A DNA stretch of 64,000 nucleotides from an uncultured Acidimicrobiaceae bacterium (GTDB lineage: Bacteria > Actinomycetota > Acidimicrobiia > Acidimicrobiales > RAAP-2). The notes below the pieces were generated by a model. The model searched no databases. It was not told where the DNA came from and saw only the letters and a list, made by a program, of their open reading frames with translations. The stretch's first letter is position 1, and the number at the start of each line of letters is the position of its first letter. Location: assembly GCA_963783245.1 (NCBI GenBank), contig CAWAMS010000008.1, forward strand, positions 32,817 to 96,816. The letters run 5' to 3'. A program made the position numbers and the translations under genes. Below are positions 51,999 to 61,113 of the stretch, piece by piece.

Positions 51999-53201
51999 CA
52001 GTCGCCGAGCTCGCTGCCGACGATCCCCACGAAGCTCACGCACTCGCCGGGAGCGCCGCCCAGGTTGTGGGTCAGGCCGAGCGTCCGGCCCTGGCTCACC
52101 GTGGCGATCTGGCGGTCGGCCGGAGCCTCACCACGCAGCTGCAGCCAGCACTCGAAGAGCATCCGGAGCCCCGAGGCGCCGATGGGGTGCCCGAAGCTCT
52201 TGAGCCCACCGTCGGGGTTGACCGGCAGCTCACCGTCGCGGTCGAACGTGCCCGCCAGCACCTCTTTCCATGCCGTGCCCCGGGTGGCGAACCCCATGTC
52301 CTCCATGAGGACCAGCTCGGTCGGCGTGAAGCAGTCGTGCACTTCGGCCATGGCCAGCTGGGCCCGGGGATCGGTGATCCCGGCCTGCTGGTAGGCGTCC
52401 TCGGCCGAGCGCACCACTTCGGGGAAGGTGGTGTAGTCGTAGCCCGGGATCGATCGGTCCCGCGGCGGGCCCGGCCACGAAGCTGAGGGCCTTCACGTAC
52501 AGAGGGTTGGCGCAGTACTTGTGGGCGTCCTCGACCCGGCAGATGATGGCCGCCGCCGCACCGTCGCTCACACCGCTGCAGTCGAACACACCGAGCTCCC
52601 CGGCCACCAGCGGCGCCTTGGAGATGGTCTCCATGGAGATCTCCTTTTGGAACTGCGCCCTTGGGTTGCGTGCTCCGTTCTGGTGGTTCTTGAAGGCGAT
52701 CCGGCTCATGACTTCCTTCATCTCGGACTTGTCCACGCCGTACTTGTGGCCGTAGGAGGGAGCCAGGAAGGAGAAGGCGGCGGGCGAGGAGAGGCCGGGG
52801 TCCGTCCCGTCCCCGACGGCGCGGATGCCGGTCAGGCCCGAGTAGCCGGTGTCCTTGAGCTTCTCGACCCCGATGGCCATGGCGGTGTCGTAGGCACCCG
52901 AGGCCACGGCGTAGCAGGCATTGCGGAAGGCCTCCGAGCCGGTGGCGCAGAAGTTCTCGACCCGGGTCACCGGCTTGTAGTCGAGCTTGAGCGGGCGCGA
53001 GAGCGTGATGCCCGACACCGAGGAGGTCATGGTCCCCAGCCAGAACGCGTCGATGTCGTGGATCGGCAACCCGGCCGAGGTCGACGCCTCGACGGCGGCA
53101 TCGGTCAGGAGATCGTCGATCCCCTTGTCCCACAACTCGCCGAATTTGGTGCAGCCCATCCCGATGATGGCCACACGGTCGCGGATACCTCTGCTCGCCA
53201 T
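51998..53201 (-). CDS. SCP-x / lipid-transfer-type thiolase; one +1 frame break near 52445
   Basis: RBS AGAGGAG precedes the start. VAIIGMGCTKFGE, ENFCATGSEAF (Cys). It continues in another frame: EVVRSAEDAYQQAGI...AEVHDCFT...GGLKSFGHPIGASG. Span is 3n+1. Confidence 0.85.
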
Positions 53202-53204
53202 GGT

Positions 53205-54668
53205 CTACTCCTCTGTGCTTGTTGCCGGTTCGGGCACCGCAGGGGCACCCTGTAGGGGACGGGCCTTCCAGAAATAATTGTGCACGCCGAGCGCGGTGTA
53301 GATGCGTCGGAACGTCATTTCGACCCGGCCGCCGATCGCGATCTCGGGCACGCTGACGTCCGTCATCTCACACCGGTAGCGCCCGCCGCCGTCGAAGTCG
53401 ACGATGACGCCCACCACGGGCGGCGAGAGGCTGTAGGCGAGGTGGTCAACCGTGAACGTCGCGATGGTCCCCCGCACATCGGCCAGCCGCTCAGGCTGCA
53501 TCTGGTCGATGGAGTGGCACTCGAGGCAGACCCGGGTCGGCGGTAGATGACGGAACCCACACACTTGACAACGGCTGGCGGCGAAGGCGTATTTCCAGGC
53601 CTCCGAGCGGTGCACGATCGGTGCCCCCGGGCGCTCGGGATCGGGGCGCCGCGGCGGCTCACGGTGCAACTGGCCCCGCCAGGCCAAGAAGGCCGCGTAG
53701 GACAGATCGTCCCGGCCCGCCGCCACCTGCTCGGCCACGCTCGGCACTTCGGCGGCACGCCGGGCGGCCTGGGCCGCCGGGAGGGCGTCGGTCGTGCGCA
53801 GGACCAGGGCGTCGGCGCCGTCCGCCAGGGAGAGCACCACAATGAGCTGGCCCGGAAGGGCACGCTCGAGCACGTCCGCCAGGGCCACCCCGGCCTGGGC
53901 GGCGCCGAGGTTGCCGATCGACGCCAGGAGGTCGGGGGCGATGGCGCCGGCCGGCACCCCGAGCCGGCCCGTCACGGCCTTGACCGCCCGCAGGTGCAGC
54001 CCCGTCACGATGGCGTGATCGATGTCGCTCTCGGTGGCGCCGGCGTCCTTGAGGGCATCGGCAAAGGCCTCGCGGGCCAGCGGGACGTACATCTCCTCGC
54101 CGAAGCGCTCCTCCCAGACGTGGGAGTCGGTTTCCCCGGGAACCCGCCAGCGATCGAGGAACTCGTCACTGGCCGAACCCCGCCCGACCAGTTCGGCCAC
54201 TGCGCCGTCGGCGCCGCACAGGAAGGCGGCGGCGCCGTCCCCGGCGTCGCGCTCTTCGGCCCCGCCGGCCAAGCCGGTCCGGAGATCGGCGGAGATGGCC
54301 AGCGTCCGGCGCCAGGGCGCCGCCTGCAGCGCCATCAGCAGCGTGCCCAGAGCCGAGCGCGGCGCGCCGGAGAAGTCGTAGGCCGCAGCGGACCGGTCGA
54401 GCCCGAGCGCCGCGTGCAGGGTGGTGGCGCTGGTCTTGTCGAGGTAGCCGGGCGCCGGCGTGGAGAACAGCAGGTCGTCGGGCAGGGCTGGGCGCAACGC
54501 CAGGGCCCGCCGGCCCGCCTCGACGCCCAGGGTGGTGGTGTCCTCGTCATACGAGGCCACGGCACGGGTGCCCTTGGGAGGTCCCGAGCCCAGCACCTGC
54601 GCGATGGCTGAGCGCTGCAGCCGCCAGTACGGCAGGTAGGTCCCCCATGTCACGATCCCAGCGTTCAT
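53205..54668 (-). CDS. HMG-CoA-synthase-like domain fused to a C-terminal DUF35 (Zn-ribbon + OB-fold) module
   Basis: ATG 54668. HMGCS-like blocks: ASYDEDTTTLGVEAG, LAISADLRTGLAGGAEERDAGDGAAAFL, DEFLDRWRVPGE, SIGNLGAAQAG. DUF35 module: CQVCGFRHLPPTRVCLECHS...PPVVGVIVDFDGGGRY. Confidence 0.75.
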   Translation of the reverse strand: MNAGIVTWGTYLPYWRLQRSAIAQVLGSGPPKGTRAVASYDEDTTTLGVEAGRRALALRPALPDDLLFSTPAPGYLDKTSATTLHAALGLDRSAAAYDFSGAPRSALGTLLMALQAAPWRRTLAISADLRTGLAGGAEERDAGDGAAAFLCGADGAVAELVGRGSASDEFLDRWRVPGETDSHVWEERFGEEMYVPLAREAFADALKDAGATESDIDHAIVTGLHLRAVKAVTGRLGVPAGAIAPDLLASIGNLGAAQAGVALADVLERALPGQLIVVLSLADGADALVLRTTDALPAAQAARRAAEVPSVAEQVAAGRDDLSYAAFLAWRGQLHREPPRRPDPERPGAPIVHRSEAWKYAFAASRCQVCGFRHLPPTRVCLECHSIDQMQPERLADVRGTIATFTVDHLAYSLSPPVVGVIVDFDGGGRYRCEMTDVSVPEIAIGGRVEMTFRRIYTALGVHNYFWKARPLQGAPAVPEPATSTEE

Positions 54669-54847
54669 CTCCGCCCTTCCGTCCCGGCGCGTTCTCGGGG
54701 TCGTTGCCGTCCCCATCGACTGCCTTCCCGATCGCCCCTCCATCGCCCTACCAGGCGATTTGGGCGAAAGAAGGGCTGACCTCCGACCCTCCACTTTACA
54801 CCGGCACCCCGGGGGCCGATCACGGAGCTCCCCGCCTCCACCGAGCC

Positions 54848-55588
54848 CTACGCCGTCGCCTCCACCACCATCACCCAGCTGTCGATCTCGAGGGCCCCGC
54901 CCCCGCCCGCCGAGCACCGCACGTCGCTGAATCCGGCTCCTTCCAGCCACCGCGTCCACTCGGGCGGGGTGGGGAGCCTGATGTAGTGCGAGGTGCGCCG
55001 GACCTCGCCCCCTCGATACACGGTGCGATCCGTCACCATCCGCCCCGTCAGCGGGTCGAAGCGGGAGACGTCGACCTGCGCGTCGTCACCCCGCCACTCG
55101 ACGGTCGCGTCGGGCGCCCCCGTGTAGTGACGGACCACGCCGTCGTGATGCATGGTCTCGATCAGCACGGTGCCACCGGGACGCAGGACCCGGTGGAACT
55201 CGGCCAGGACCCGCCGGCAGTCGTCATCGTCGTGATAGCCGAAGGAGGTGAACCAGCACACGACGGCGTCAAAGGGACCCGACACGGGCAACTGGCGCAT
55301 GTCGCCCCGGTGGTAGGCGACGCGGCTTCCCGGCCCGACCGGCTCGGCTTCGGCCAGGGCGATGAACTGCGTGGAGCGGTCGACCCCGGTCACGTCGTAG
55401 CCGGCGGAGGCGAGGCGGCGCGAGATCCGGCCAAGGCCACAGGGCACATCGAGGATGCGGGACCCCGGAGGCAGACCCAGCCGTCCCACGATCTCCGCCG
55501 TGTCCTTGTCCGAATAGCCGTCGTCGGTGAACTCGGCGTAGAAGTACAGGTAGTCGTCCCCGAAGGTGGCATCGACGTCGAAGTCCAT
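54848..55588 (-). CDS. Class I SAM-dependent methyltransferase
   Basis: Intact ORF. Motif I ILDVPCGLGR; also FDAVVCWFTSFGY and LRPGG. Confidence 0.8.
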   Translation of the reverse strand: MDFDVDATFGDDYLYFYAEFTDDGYSDKDTAEIVGRLGLPPGSRILDVPCGLGRISRRLASAGYDVTGVDRSTQFIALAEAEPVGPGSRVAYHRGDMRQLPVSGPFDAVVCWFTSFGYHDDDDCRRVLAEFHRVLRPGGTVLIETMHHDGVVRHYTGAPDATVEWRGDDAQVDVSRFDPLTGRMVTDRTVYRGGEVRRTSHYIRLPTPPEWTRWLEGAGFSDVRCSAGGGGALEIDSWVMVVEATA

Positions 55589-55657
55589 GGCCCATCTTCG
55601 CCGACAACCTCGCTTCGGGCTTCGACTCGGCCGCGGCGGGCGCTACGGTCCCTTCAC

Positions 55658-56560
55658 ATGGCCCTCGCCCTCGGCATCATCACGCCGGTCCTGCACATGA
55701 ATCCGCGCTTCGACCCCCCGGCCTGGGAGACGACCGCCTCCGTCGAGGACGTGGTGACCGTGGTGAAGAGGGCCGAGGAGCTCGGCTTCGACTGGGTCGG
55801 GTGCTCGGAGCACATCGCCGTCCCTGCGGGTGGGCCCACCGTGCGCGGGGGACGGTACTGGGATCCCTTCTCGACGCTCGGTTTTCTGGCGGCACATACC
55901 CAGCGGATAGGCCTGCTGACCCATATGGCCGTCCTGCCCTACCACCACCCGTTGGAATTGGTGAAGCGCCTGGGCACGCTCGACATCCTCAGTCAGGGCC
56001 GCGTCATCGTCGGCGTCGGCGTCGGTTCGCTGCAGCCCGAGTTCGAGGTGCTGGGCCACACGTTCGAGGGGCGGGGCGAGCAATCGGACGACGCCATCAG
56101 GGCCCTCCGCGCCGCGTGGGGCACCCGGGTCCCGGAGTACCACGGGTCCCACTACGACTTCGAGGGCTTCGTCGTCGAGCCCTCGGGACTCCCCCGGCCG
56201 GTGCCGATCTGGGTGGGTGGGCGCACGCGCCGTTCACTGCGCCGCGCGCTGGAACTCGGCGACGCCTGGGTCCCCTTCGGCGGCAAGCTCGACGACCTCG
56301 CCGCCCTCCTGGCCGACGACGCGCTCGCCCGCGCCCGCCAGGACTACGCGACGGCGCACGGCGCCCCCCTCGAGATGATCCTCGCTCCCGAACCTCCCGT
56401 GGACCCGCTGGGAGATCCCGTGGGCACGGCGGCGTTCCTCGCCTCGTACGTCACACTCGGCGCCACGGGGTTCTGCCTCCGCTTCGAGCACCAGTCCCTC
56501 GCTCAGTACTGCGAGCAGATGGCGGCGATGGTCGACGTCGCCCCGCACATCGCCCACTGA
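55658..56560 (+). CDS. Luciferase-like monooxygenase (LLM) class oxidoreductase, probably F420-dependent
   Basis: ATG 55658. AEELGFDWVGCSEHI, HPLELVKRLGTLDILSQGRVIVGVGVG, PIWVGG. The upstream part of the 637-aa track ORF is antisense to the methyltransferase. Confidence 0.75.
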   Translation: MALALGIITPVLHMNPRFDPPAWETTASVEDVVTVVKRAEELGFDWVGCSEHIAVPAGGPTVRGGRYWDPFSTLGFLAAHTQRIGLLTHMAVLPYHHPLELVKRLGTLDILSQGRVIVGVGVGSLQPEFEVLGHTFEGRGEQSDDAIRALRAAWGTRVPEYHGSHYDFEGFVVEPSGLPRPVPIWVGGRTRRSLRRALELGDAWVPFGGKLDDLAALLADDALARARQDYATAHGAPLEMILAPEPPVDPLGDPVGTAAFLASYVTLGATGFCLRFEHQSLAQYCEQMAAMVDVAPHIAH

Positions 56561-56563
56561 GCG

Positions 56564-56962
56564 TCAGCGGACCACCACCCGCACCTGCCAGAGCAGGAGG
56601 AACTGCGGGCACGGCCGTCCCGACGCGCACGTGGGCGCACCGCCGGCGGTCAGTGTCGTGTGGCCGGCTTTGACCGCGGTGTAGAAGGCCGAGATCCCAC
56701 CGGCGCGGTACACGATCTTTCCGGAACGCCGAAGGAGGACGGGCCCGACTTGGCGCAACCCGCTCCATCGCAGCTCTGTCCCACCCAACGCCACCTTCAG
56801 GACCTGCCCCACCCGCACGTGCACGGTGCGGCCCCCGTCGGCCCGGTCGACGCACACCGTCCGACCGTGCGCAGGGCACCCTCCGCTGGTCATCGCCGGC
56901 GCCGCCTGCGCGTGTGGCGTCCCCAAGGCCACGATCGCGAGCACCAGGAGGACGAGCCTCAA
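56564..56962 (-). CDS. Small secreted Cys-containing hypothetical protein
   Basis: TTG 56962 overlaps the FadD stop (TTGA). Signal peptide (M)RLVLLVLAIVALGTPHAQA|AP; four Cys. No recognisable family. Confidence 0.45.
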   Translation of the reverse strand: MRLVLLVLAIVALGTPHAQAAPAMTSGGCPAHGRTVCVDRADGGRTVHVRVGQVLKVALGGTELRWSGLRQVGPVLLRRSGKIVYRAGGISAFYTAVKAGHTTLTAGGAPTCASGRPCPQFLLLWQVRVVVR

Positions 56963-58485
56963 TCGGCGACGACCGCCAATTGCGCGCGCAGGTCCGCCTT
57001 GACCACCTTGCCGGTCGGATTGCGCGGGAGCTCCTCGACGAAGAGGAACCGGCGCGGCACTTTGTAGTCCGCCAGTTGGTCGAGCGCGTGGGCGCGCAGG
57101 GCATCGCCGTCCACATCGCTGCCCTCGTGCACGACGACGAAGGCCACCACGTCCTCGCCCAACACCGCATGGGGTGCGCCGACGACGGCGACCTCGGCCA
57201 CCGCCTGGTGCTGCACCAGCACGTGCTCCACGTCGGTCGCGTAAATGTTGTTCCCGCCCCGGATGATCACGTCCTTGCTCCGGCCGACGATGTAGAGATA
57301 CCCCTCGTCGTCCAGCTTCCCCAGATCGCCCGTGACGATCCATCCGTCCTTCCACATTTCCGCCGTCGCCTCGGGATCCCCGAAGTACTCGCGTTGACGT
57401 CCGGGGAGTTGCATCCGGACCTCACCGACCTCGTTGGGCGGGACCGGCTCCTCGTTGACGTCCACGATGCGTACCACCGCCGGCGGGTTGATGCGTCCCA
57501 CCGAACCGGGATGCTTGGTCGCCTCCCCTTTGGGCATGGTGCAGTAGGCCGAGCCGGCCTCGGTCATGCCGTAATTGTTCGACACCATCGCGTCAGGCAT
57601 CCGCTCCTGCAACCGTTCGACCACGAACGGCGCCAGGGGCGCGCTCCCGATGGAACAGATCGAGACCGACGAAAGGTCCGCGGTCTCGAAGTGGGGATGG
57701 TCGAGGAGAAGGTGGGCCATGGCCGGGACGAGGAAGACCGCCACCGGACGCTCGGTCTCCACCTCCTTCAGCCATCGACCGGCGTCGAACTTGGGCATGT
57801 AGATCCCGCGCAGCCCGAGCTTCATGGGCGTGTAGACGAACGCAATGCCGGCGAAGGTGAACATGGGGCTGGCGTGCATCCAGCCGCCGCCGCTCCACGA
57901 AGGAGGCACGTCGCCGATCATCGAACCGTTGGAGTGACGAATGGCGACACCTTTCGGTCGTCCTGTCGTCCCCGAGGTGTACAAGATGTCCGCCAGGTCG
58001 TCGTCATCGCGCGGCACCTGCATGGCGTCGCGCGACCCCGAGGTGATGTCGCCCCAGCTCATCACCTGACCCGACGACCGAGCGGTGGCCCCGGAGGTGG
58101 CGTCGACCACCAGCGAGAGGCCCCCGTTCGCGGCACCGAGCGCCGTCGCGATCAGGGCGCCGTCGGCGACGACAACCGTGGCGCCGGAGTGCGCCAGCAT
58201 GCGCCCCACCTCCGCCGGGGCCAAACGGGGATTCATGGGGACGGCGACGCCCCCGGCCCGATGTGCCGCCGTGTAGGACACCAGCCAGCGCAAGGCCGAC
58301 TCGGCGTGCAGATGGAGACCGACCCTGTCTCCCGGCTTGAGTCCCCCCGCCACCAGGCCCCGGGCCATGGCATTCGCCATGCCGTCCCACTCCGCGAAGG
58401 TCAGCGCACCGACATCGACGACCGTGTAGGCCGTCTCGTCGGGGAACGTCTCGGCCATACGGCGTAGGTGTTCGTCGATCAACAC
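56959..58485 (-). CDS. Acyl-CoA synthetase / AMP-dependent ligase (FadD type)
   Basis: GTG 58485 follows GGGGAG. Motifs: YTSGTTGRPKG, YGMTEAG, GWIVTGDLG, IIRGGNNI, PRNPTGKV. Confidence 0.85.
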   Translation of the reverse strand: MLIDEHLRRMAETFPDETAYTVVDVGALTFAEWDGMANAMARGLVAGGLKPGDRVGLHLHAESALRWLVSYTAAHRAGGVAVPMNPRLAPAEVGRMLAHSGATVVVADGALIATALGAANGGLSLVVDATSGATARSSGQVMSWGDITSGSRDAMQVPRDDDDLADILYTSGTTGRPKGVAIRHSNGSMIGDVPPSWSGGGWMHASPMFTFAGIAFVYTPMKLGLRGIYMPKFDAGRWLKEVETERPVAVFLVPAMAHLLLDHPHFETADLSSVSICSIGSAPLAPFVVERLQERMPDAMVSNNYGMTEAGSAYCTMPKGEATKHPGSVGRINPPAVVRIVDVNEEPVPPNEVGEVRMQLPGRQREYFGDPEATAEMWKDGWIVTGDLGKLDDEGYLYIVGRSKDVIIRGGNNIYATDVEHVLVQHQAVAEVAVVGAPHAVLGEDVVAFVVVHEGSDVDGDALRAHALDQLADYKVPRRFLFVEELPRNPTGKVVKADLRAQLAVVAD

Positions 58486-58618
58486 GTTGCAACTCCCCGG
58501 GTGGTCCTCCCGCCAGCCGAAAATTGACGCCGGCAGCAGGTTCGTTGCAGCATGGCCGATGCCCGGGCGGGGGTCAATCTCGAACGTGCCGTCGGGCGCA
58601 ACCAAGGGGCAGGCACAG

Positions 58619-59026
58619 ATGACCACGGTTCGCTTCGACCTCCCGACTCCCGAAGGCGACACCATCGAGTTCTGGGAGGCGGCCAAGGAGGAACGGCTGC
58701 TCATTCGCCATTGCGCCGCGTGCGGTGCCTATTCCTATTACCCGCGGCCGTTCTGCCCGAAATGCTGGAGTGAGGACGTCGAGTGGGCCGAGGCCAGTGG
58801 GAAGGGCACGCTCTACACCTGGTCGGTGATCTACAGCAACGACATGCCACCTTTCAAGGATCGGGTGCCCTATGTCGCCGCCATCGTGGACCTGGCCGAG
58901 GGTCCCCGCATGACGACGAACGTCGTCGAGTGTCCTTTCGACGAGCTCGAGGTGGGCATGGCGCTGCAGGTCGTCTTCCGCCCGATCTCCGAGGACTTCA
59001 CCATCCCGGTCTTCGTCCGGGCCTGA
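58619..59026 (+). CDS. DUF35 Zn-ribbon / OB-fold protein (no adjacent thiolase)
   Basis: ATG 58619. Motifs: CAACGAYSYYPRPFCPKCWS, VPYVAAIVDLAEGPRMTTNVV. Confidence 0.8.
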   Translation: MTTVRFDLPTPEGDTIEFWEAAKEERLLIRHCAACGAYSYYPRPFCPKCWSEDVEWAEASGKGTLYTWSVIYSNDMPPFKDRVPYVAAIVDLAEGPRMTTNVVECPFDELEVGMALQVVFRPISEDFTIPVFVRA

Positions 59027-59034
59027 GGGCCGCG

Positions 59035-61014
59035 CTACTCCTTGTCCTCCGCCCCCGCCGCCATGCCGTCCTTGATGGCGTTGACGACGGTCGGATCCAT
59101 CAGCGTGGTGACATCCCCCAACTGGCGGTCCTCGGCCACATCGCGCAACAACCGGCGCATGATCTTCCCGCTGCGGGTCTTGGGCAACTCGGGCGTGAGC
59201 AAGATCTGACGGGGTTTTGCGATCGGGCCGATTTCATGCGCCACGTGGTTGCGCAACTCCTGGATGAACGCCTCCCCGTCTGCGGGATCGTCGAATCCGG
59301 TGCCCTTGACCGTGACGAAGGCCACGATGGCCTGGCCCGTGGTGTCGTCGCTGGCCCCGACCACTGCCGCCTCGGCCACCGCGGGGTGGCTGACGAGGGC
59401 GTGCTCAATTTCGGTCGTCGAGATCCGGTGGCCCGAGATGTTCATGACGTCATCCACCCGGCCCAGCAGCCAGAGGTCGCCGTCGTGGTCCCGCTTGGCT
59501 CCGTCGCCGGCGAAGTACTTTCCGGGGAAGCGCGACCAGTAGGTCTCCTTGTACCGCTCGTCGTCGCCCCAGATGCCGCGCAGCATGCCGGGCCAGGGCT
59601 CGGTGATGACCAGGTACCCCCCTTCGTCGTTGCCGACCGAACGGCCGTCGTTGTCGATGATGTCGACGGACACGCCGGGGAACGGCGTCATGGCCGCGCC
59701 GGGTTTGGTGGCGGTGATGCCGGGCAACGGGGTGATCAGGACACCCCCCGTCTCGGTCTGCCACCACGTGTCGACGATCGGACAGCGATCGCCGCCGATG
59801 TGGGTGCGGTACCAGATCCACGCCTCGGGGTTGATGGGCTCCCCGACTGATCCCAGCAGCCGCAGGCTGGTGAGGTCGTGCGATGCGGGGAGGTGCTCGC
59901 CCCACTTCATGAAGGTGCGGATCGTGGTCGGCGCCGTGTAGAGGATGTTGACCTTGTACTTCTCAATCAGCTGCCACCAGCGATCGCGCGCCGGGGTGTC
60001 CGGTGTCCCCTCGTACATCACCGAGGTGGTGGCGTTGGCCAACGGGCCGTAGACGATGTAGCTGTGGCCGGTCACCCAGCCGATGTCGGCGCCGGTCCAG
60101 TACACGTCCTCCTCCGGCTTGATATCGAAGATCAGACGATGGGTCGCCGCGACATGGGTCAGATAGCCGCCCGTTGTGTGCAGGATGCCCTTCGGCTTGG
60201 CCGTCGTGCCGCTGGTGTACATGATGTAGAGCGGGTGCTCGGCGTCGAACGCCTCGGCTTCGTGCGTGTCGCTCTGGCGGTCGACGACGTCGTGCCACCA
60301 CAGATCGCGCCCGTCGGTCCACGCCACGTCCTGGCCGGTGCGGCGCACCACGAGAACCTTTTCCACATCGGGACAGCCCTCGAGGGCTTCGTCGACCGCC
60401 GCTTTCAACGGGCTCGGTGCCCCCCGTCGGTAGCCACCGTCCGCGGTGATGACGAAATGTGCGTCACAGTCGAGGATGCGGCCACGCAGGGCGTCGGAGG
60501 AGAACCCACCGAAGACCACGGTGTGCGGTGCGCCCAGGCGGGCGCAGGCCAACATGGCCACCACCGTCTCGGGGATCATCGGCATGTAGATGGCGACCTT
60601 GTCGCCCGTGCGCACGCCCAACTCGGTCAGCGCATTGGCGGCCTGGCTCACCAACCCGAGAAGGTCGCGATACGTGATGGTGCGGGTGTCCCCGGGCTCT
60701 CCCTCCCAGTGAAATGCCACCCGATCGCCCAGGCCCGCATCAACGTGGCGGTCGATACAGTTGACCGCCACGTTGAGCCGGCCACCGACGAACCACTTCG
60801 CAAACGGTGCGTTGCTCCAGTCCAGCACGTCCGTCCACGGCGTGGCCCACGTGAGGCGCTCGGCTTGGGAGGCCCAGAAGGCAAGGGGGTCTGCCGCAGC
60901 CTCGTCATAGATCTCGGGTTGCGCATTGGCTCGCTTGGCCAGCGCTTCTGGCGGTGGAAACGTCCGCGTCTCGTGCAGGAGAGCCGAAAGGCCTTCTTCT
61001 CGAACTTCGCTCAT
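59035..61014 (-). CDS. acs: Acetyl-CoA synthetase (AMP-forming)
   Basis: RBS GAAGGAGA precedes ATG 61014. Intact, 659 aa. Motifs: WFVGGRLN, YTSGTTAKPKG, GWVTGHSY, DTWWQTETGG, PKTRSGKIMRR. Confidence 0.95.
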   Translation of the reverse strand: MSEVREEGLSALLHETRTFPPPEALAKRANAQPEIYDEAAADPLAFWASQAERLTWATPWTDVLDWSNAPFAKWFVGGRLNVAVNCIDRHVDAGLGDRVAFHWEGEPGDTRTITYRDLLGLVSQAANALTELGVRTGDKVAIYMPMIPETVVAMLACARLGAPHTVVFGGFSSDALRGRILDCDAHFVITADGGYRRGAPSPLKAAVDEALEGCPDVEKVLVVRRTGQDVAWTDGRDLWWHDVVDRQSDTHEAEAFDAEHPLYIMYTSGTTAKPKGILHTTGGYLTHVAATHRLIFDIKPEEDVYWTGADIGWVTGHSYIVYGPLANATTSVMYEGTPDTPARDRWWQLIEKYKVNILYTAPTTIRTFMKWGEHLPASHDLTSLRLLGSVGEPINPEAWIWYRTHIGGDRCPIVDTWWQTETGGVLITPLPGITATKPGAAMTPFPGVSVDIIDNDGRSVGNDEGGYLVITEPWPGMLRGIWGDDERYKETYWSRFPGKYFAGDGAKRDHDGDLWLLGRVDDVMNISGHRISTTEIEHALVSHPAVAEAAVVGASDDTTGQAIVAFVTVKGTGFDDPADGEAFIQELRNHVAHEIGPIAKPRQILLTPELPKTRSGKIMRRLLRDVAEDRQLGDVTTLMDPTVVNAIKDGMAAGAEDKE

Positions 61015-61113
61015 GGCTTTCTCCTTCTTCGATGTTCCGCTCGATGTGCCCTCATCCGTGCGTGCCGGCGCCGACTCCCCGGCGGGCACGGACTCGAGAC
61101 CGCAGTCCCCTCT

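Noticed and set aside
54647-56560. 637-aa plus-strand ORF
   Set aside because: Only the last 300 codons (from ATG 55658) form the LLM oxidoreductase. The upstream part is antisense to the methyltransferase (54848..55588) and to the start of the HMGCS-like gene.
61062-61091. Stem-loop (CGTGCC..CGCCG / CGGCG..GGCACG) between satP and acs as a terminator
   Set aside because: No U-tract follows it on the transcribed strand, and the two genes are likely co-transcribed. It may be a processing or attenuation element, but I cannot support that from sequence alone.
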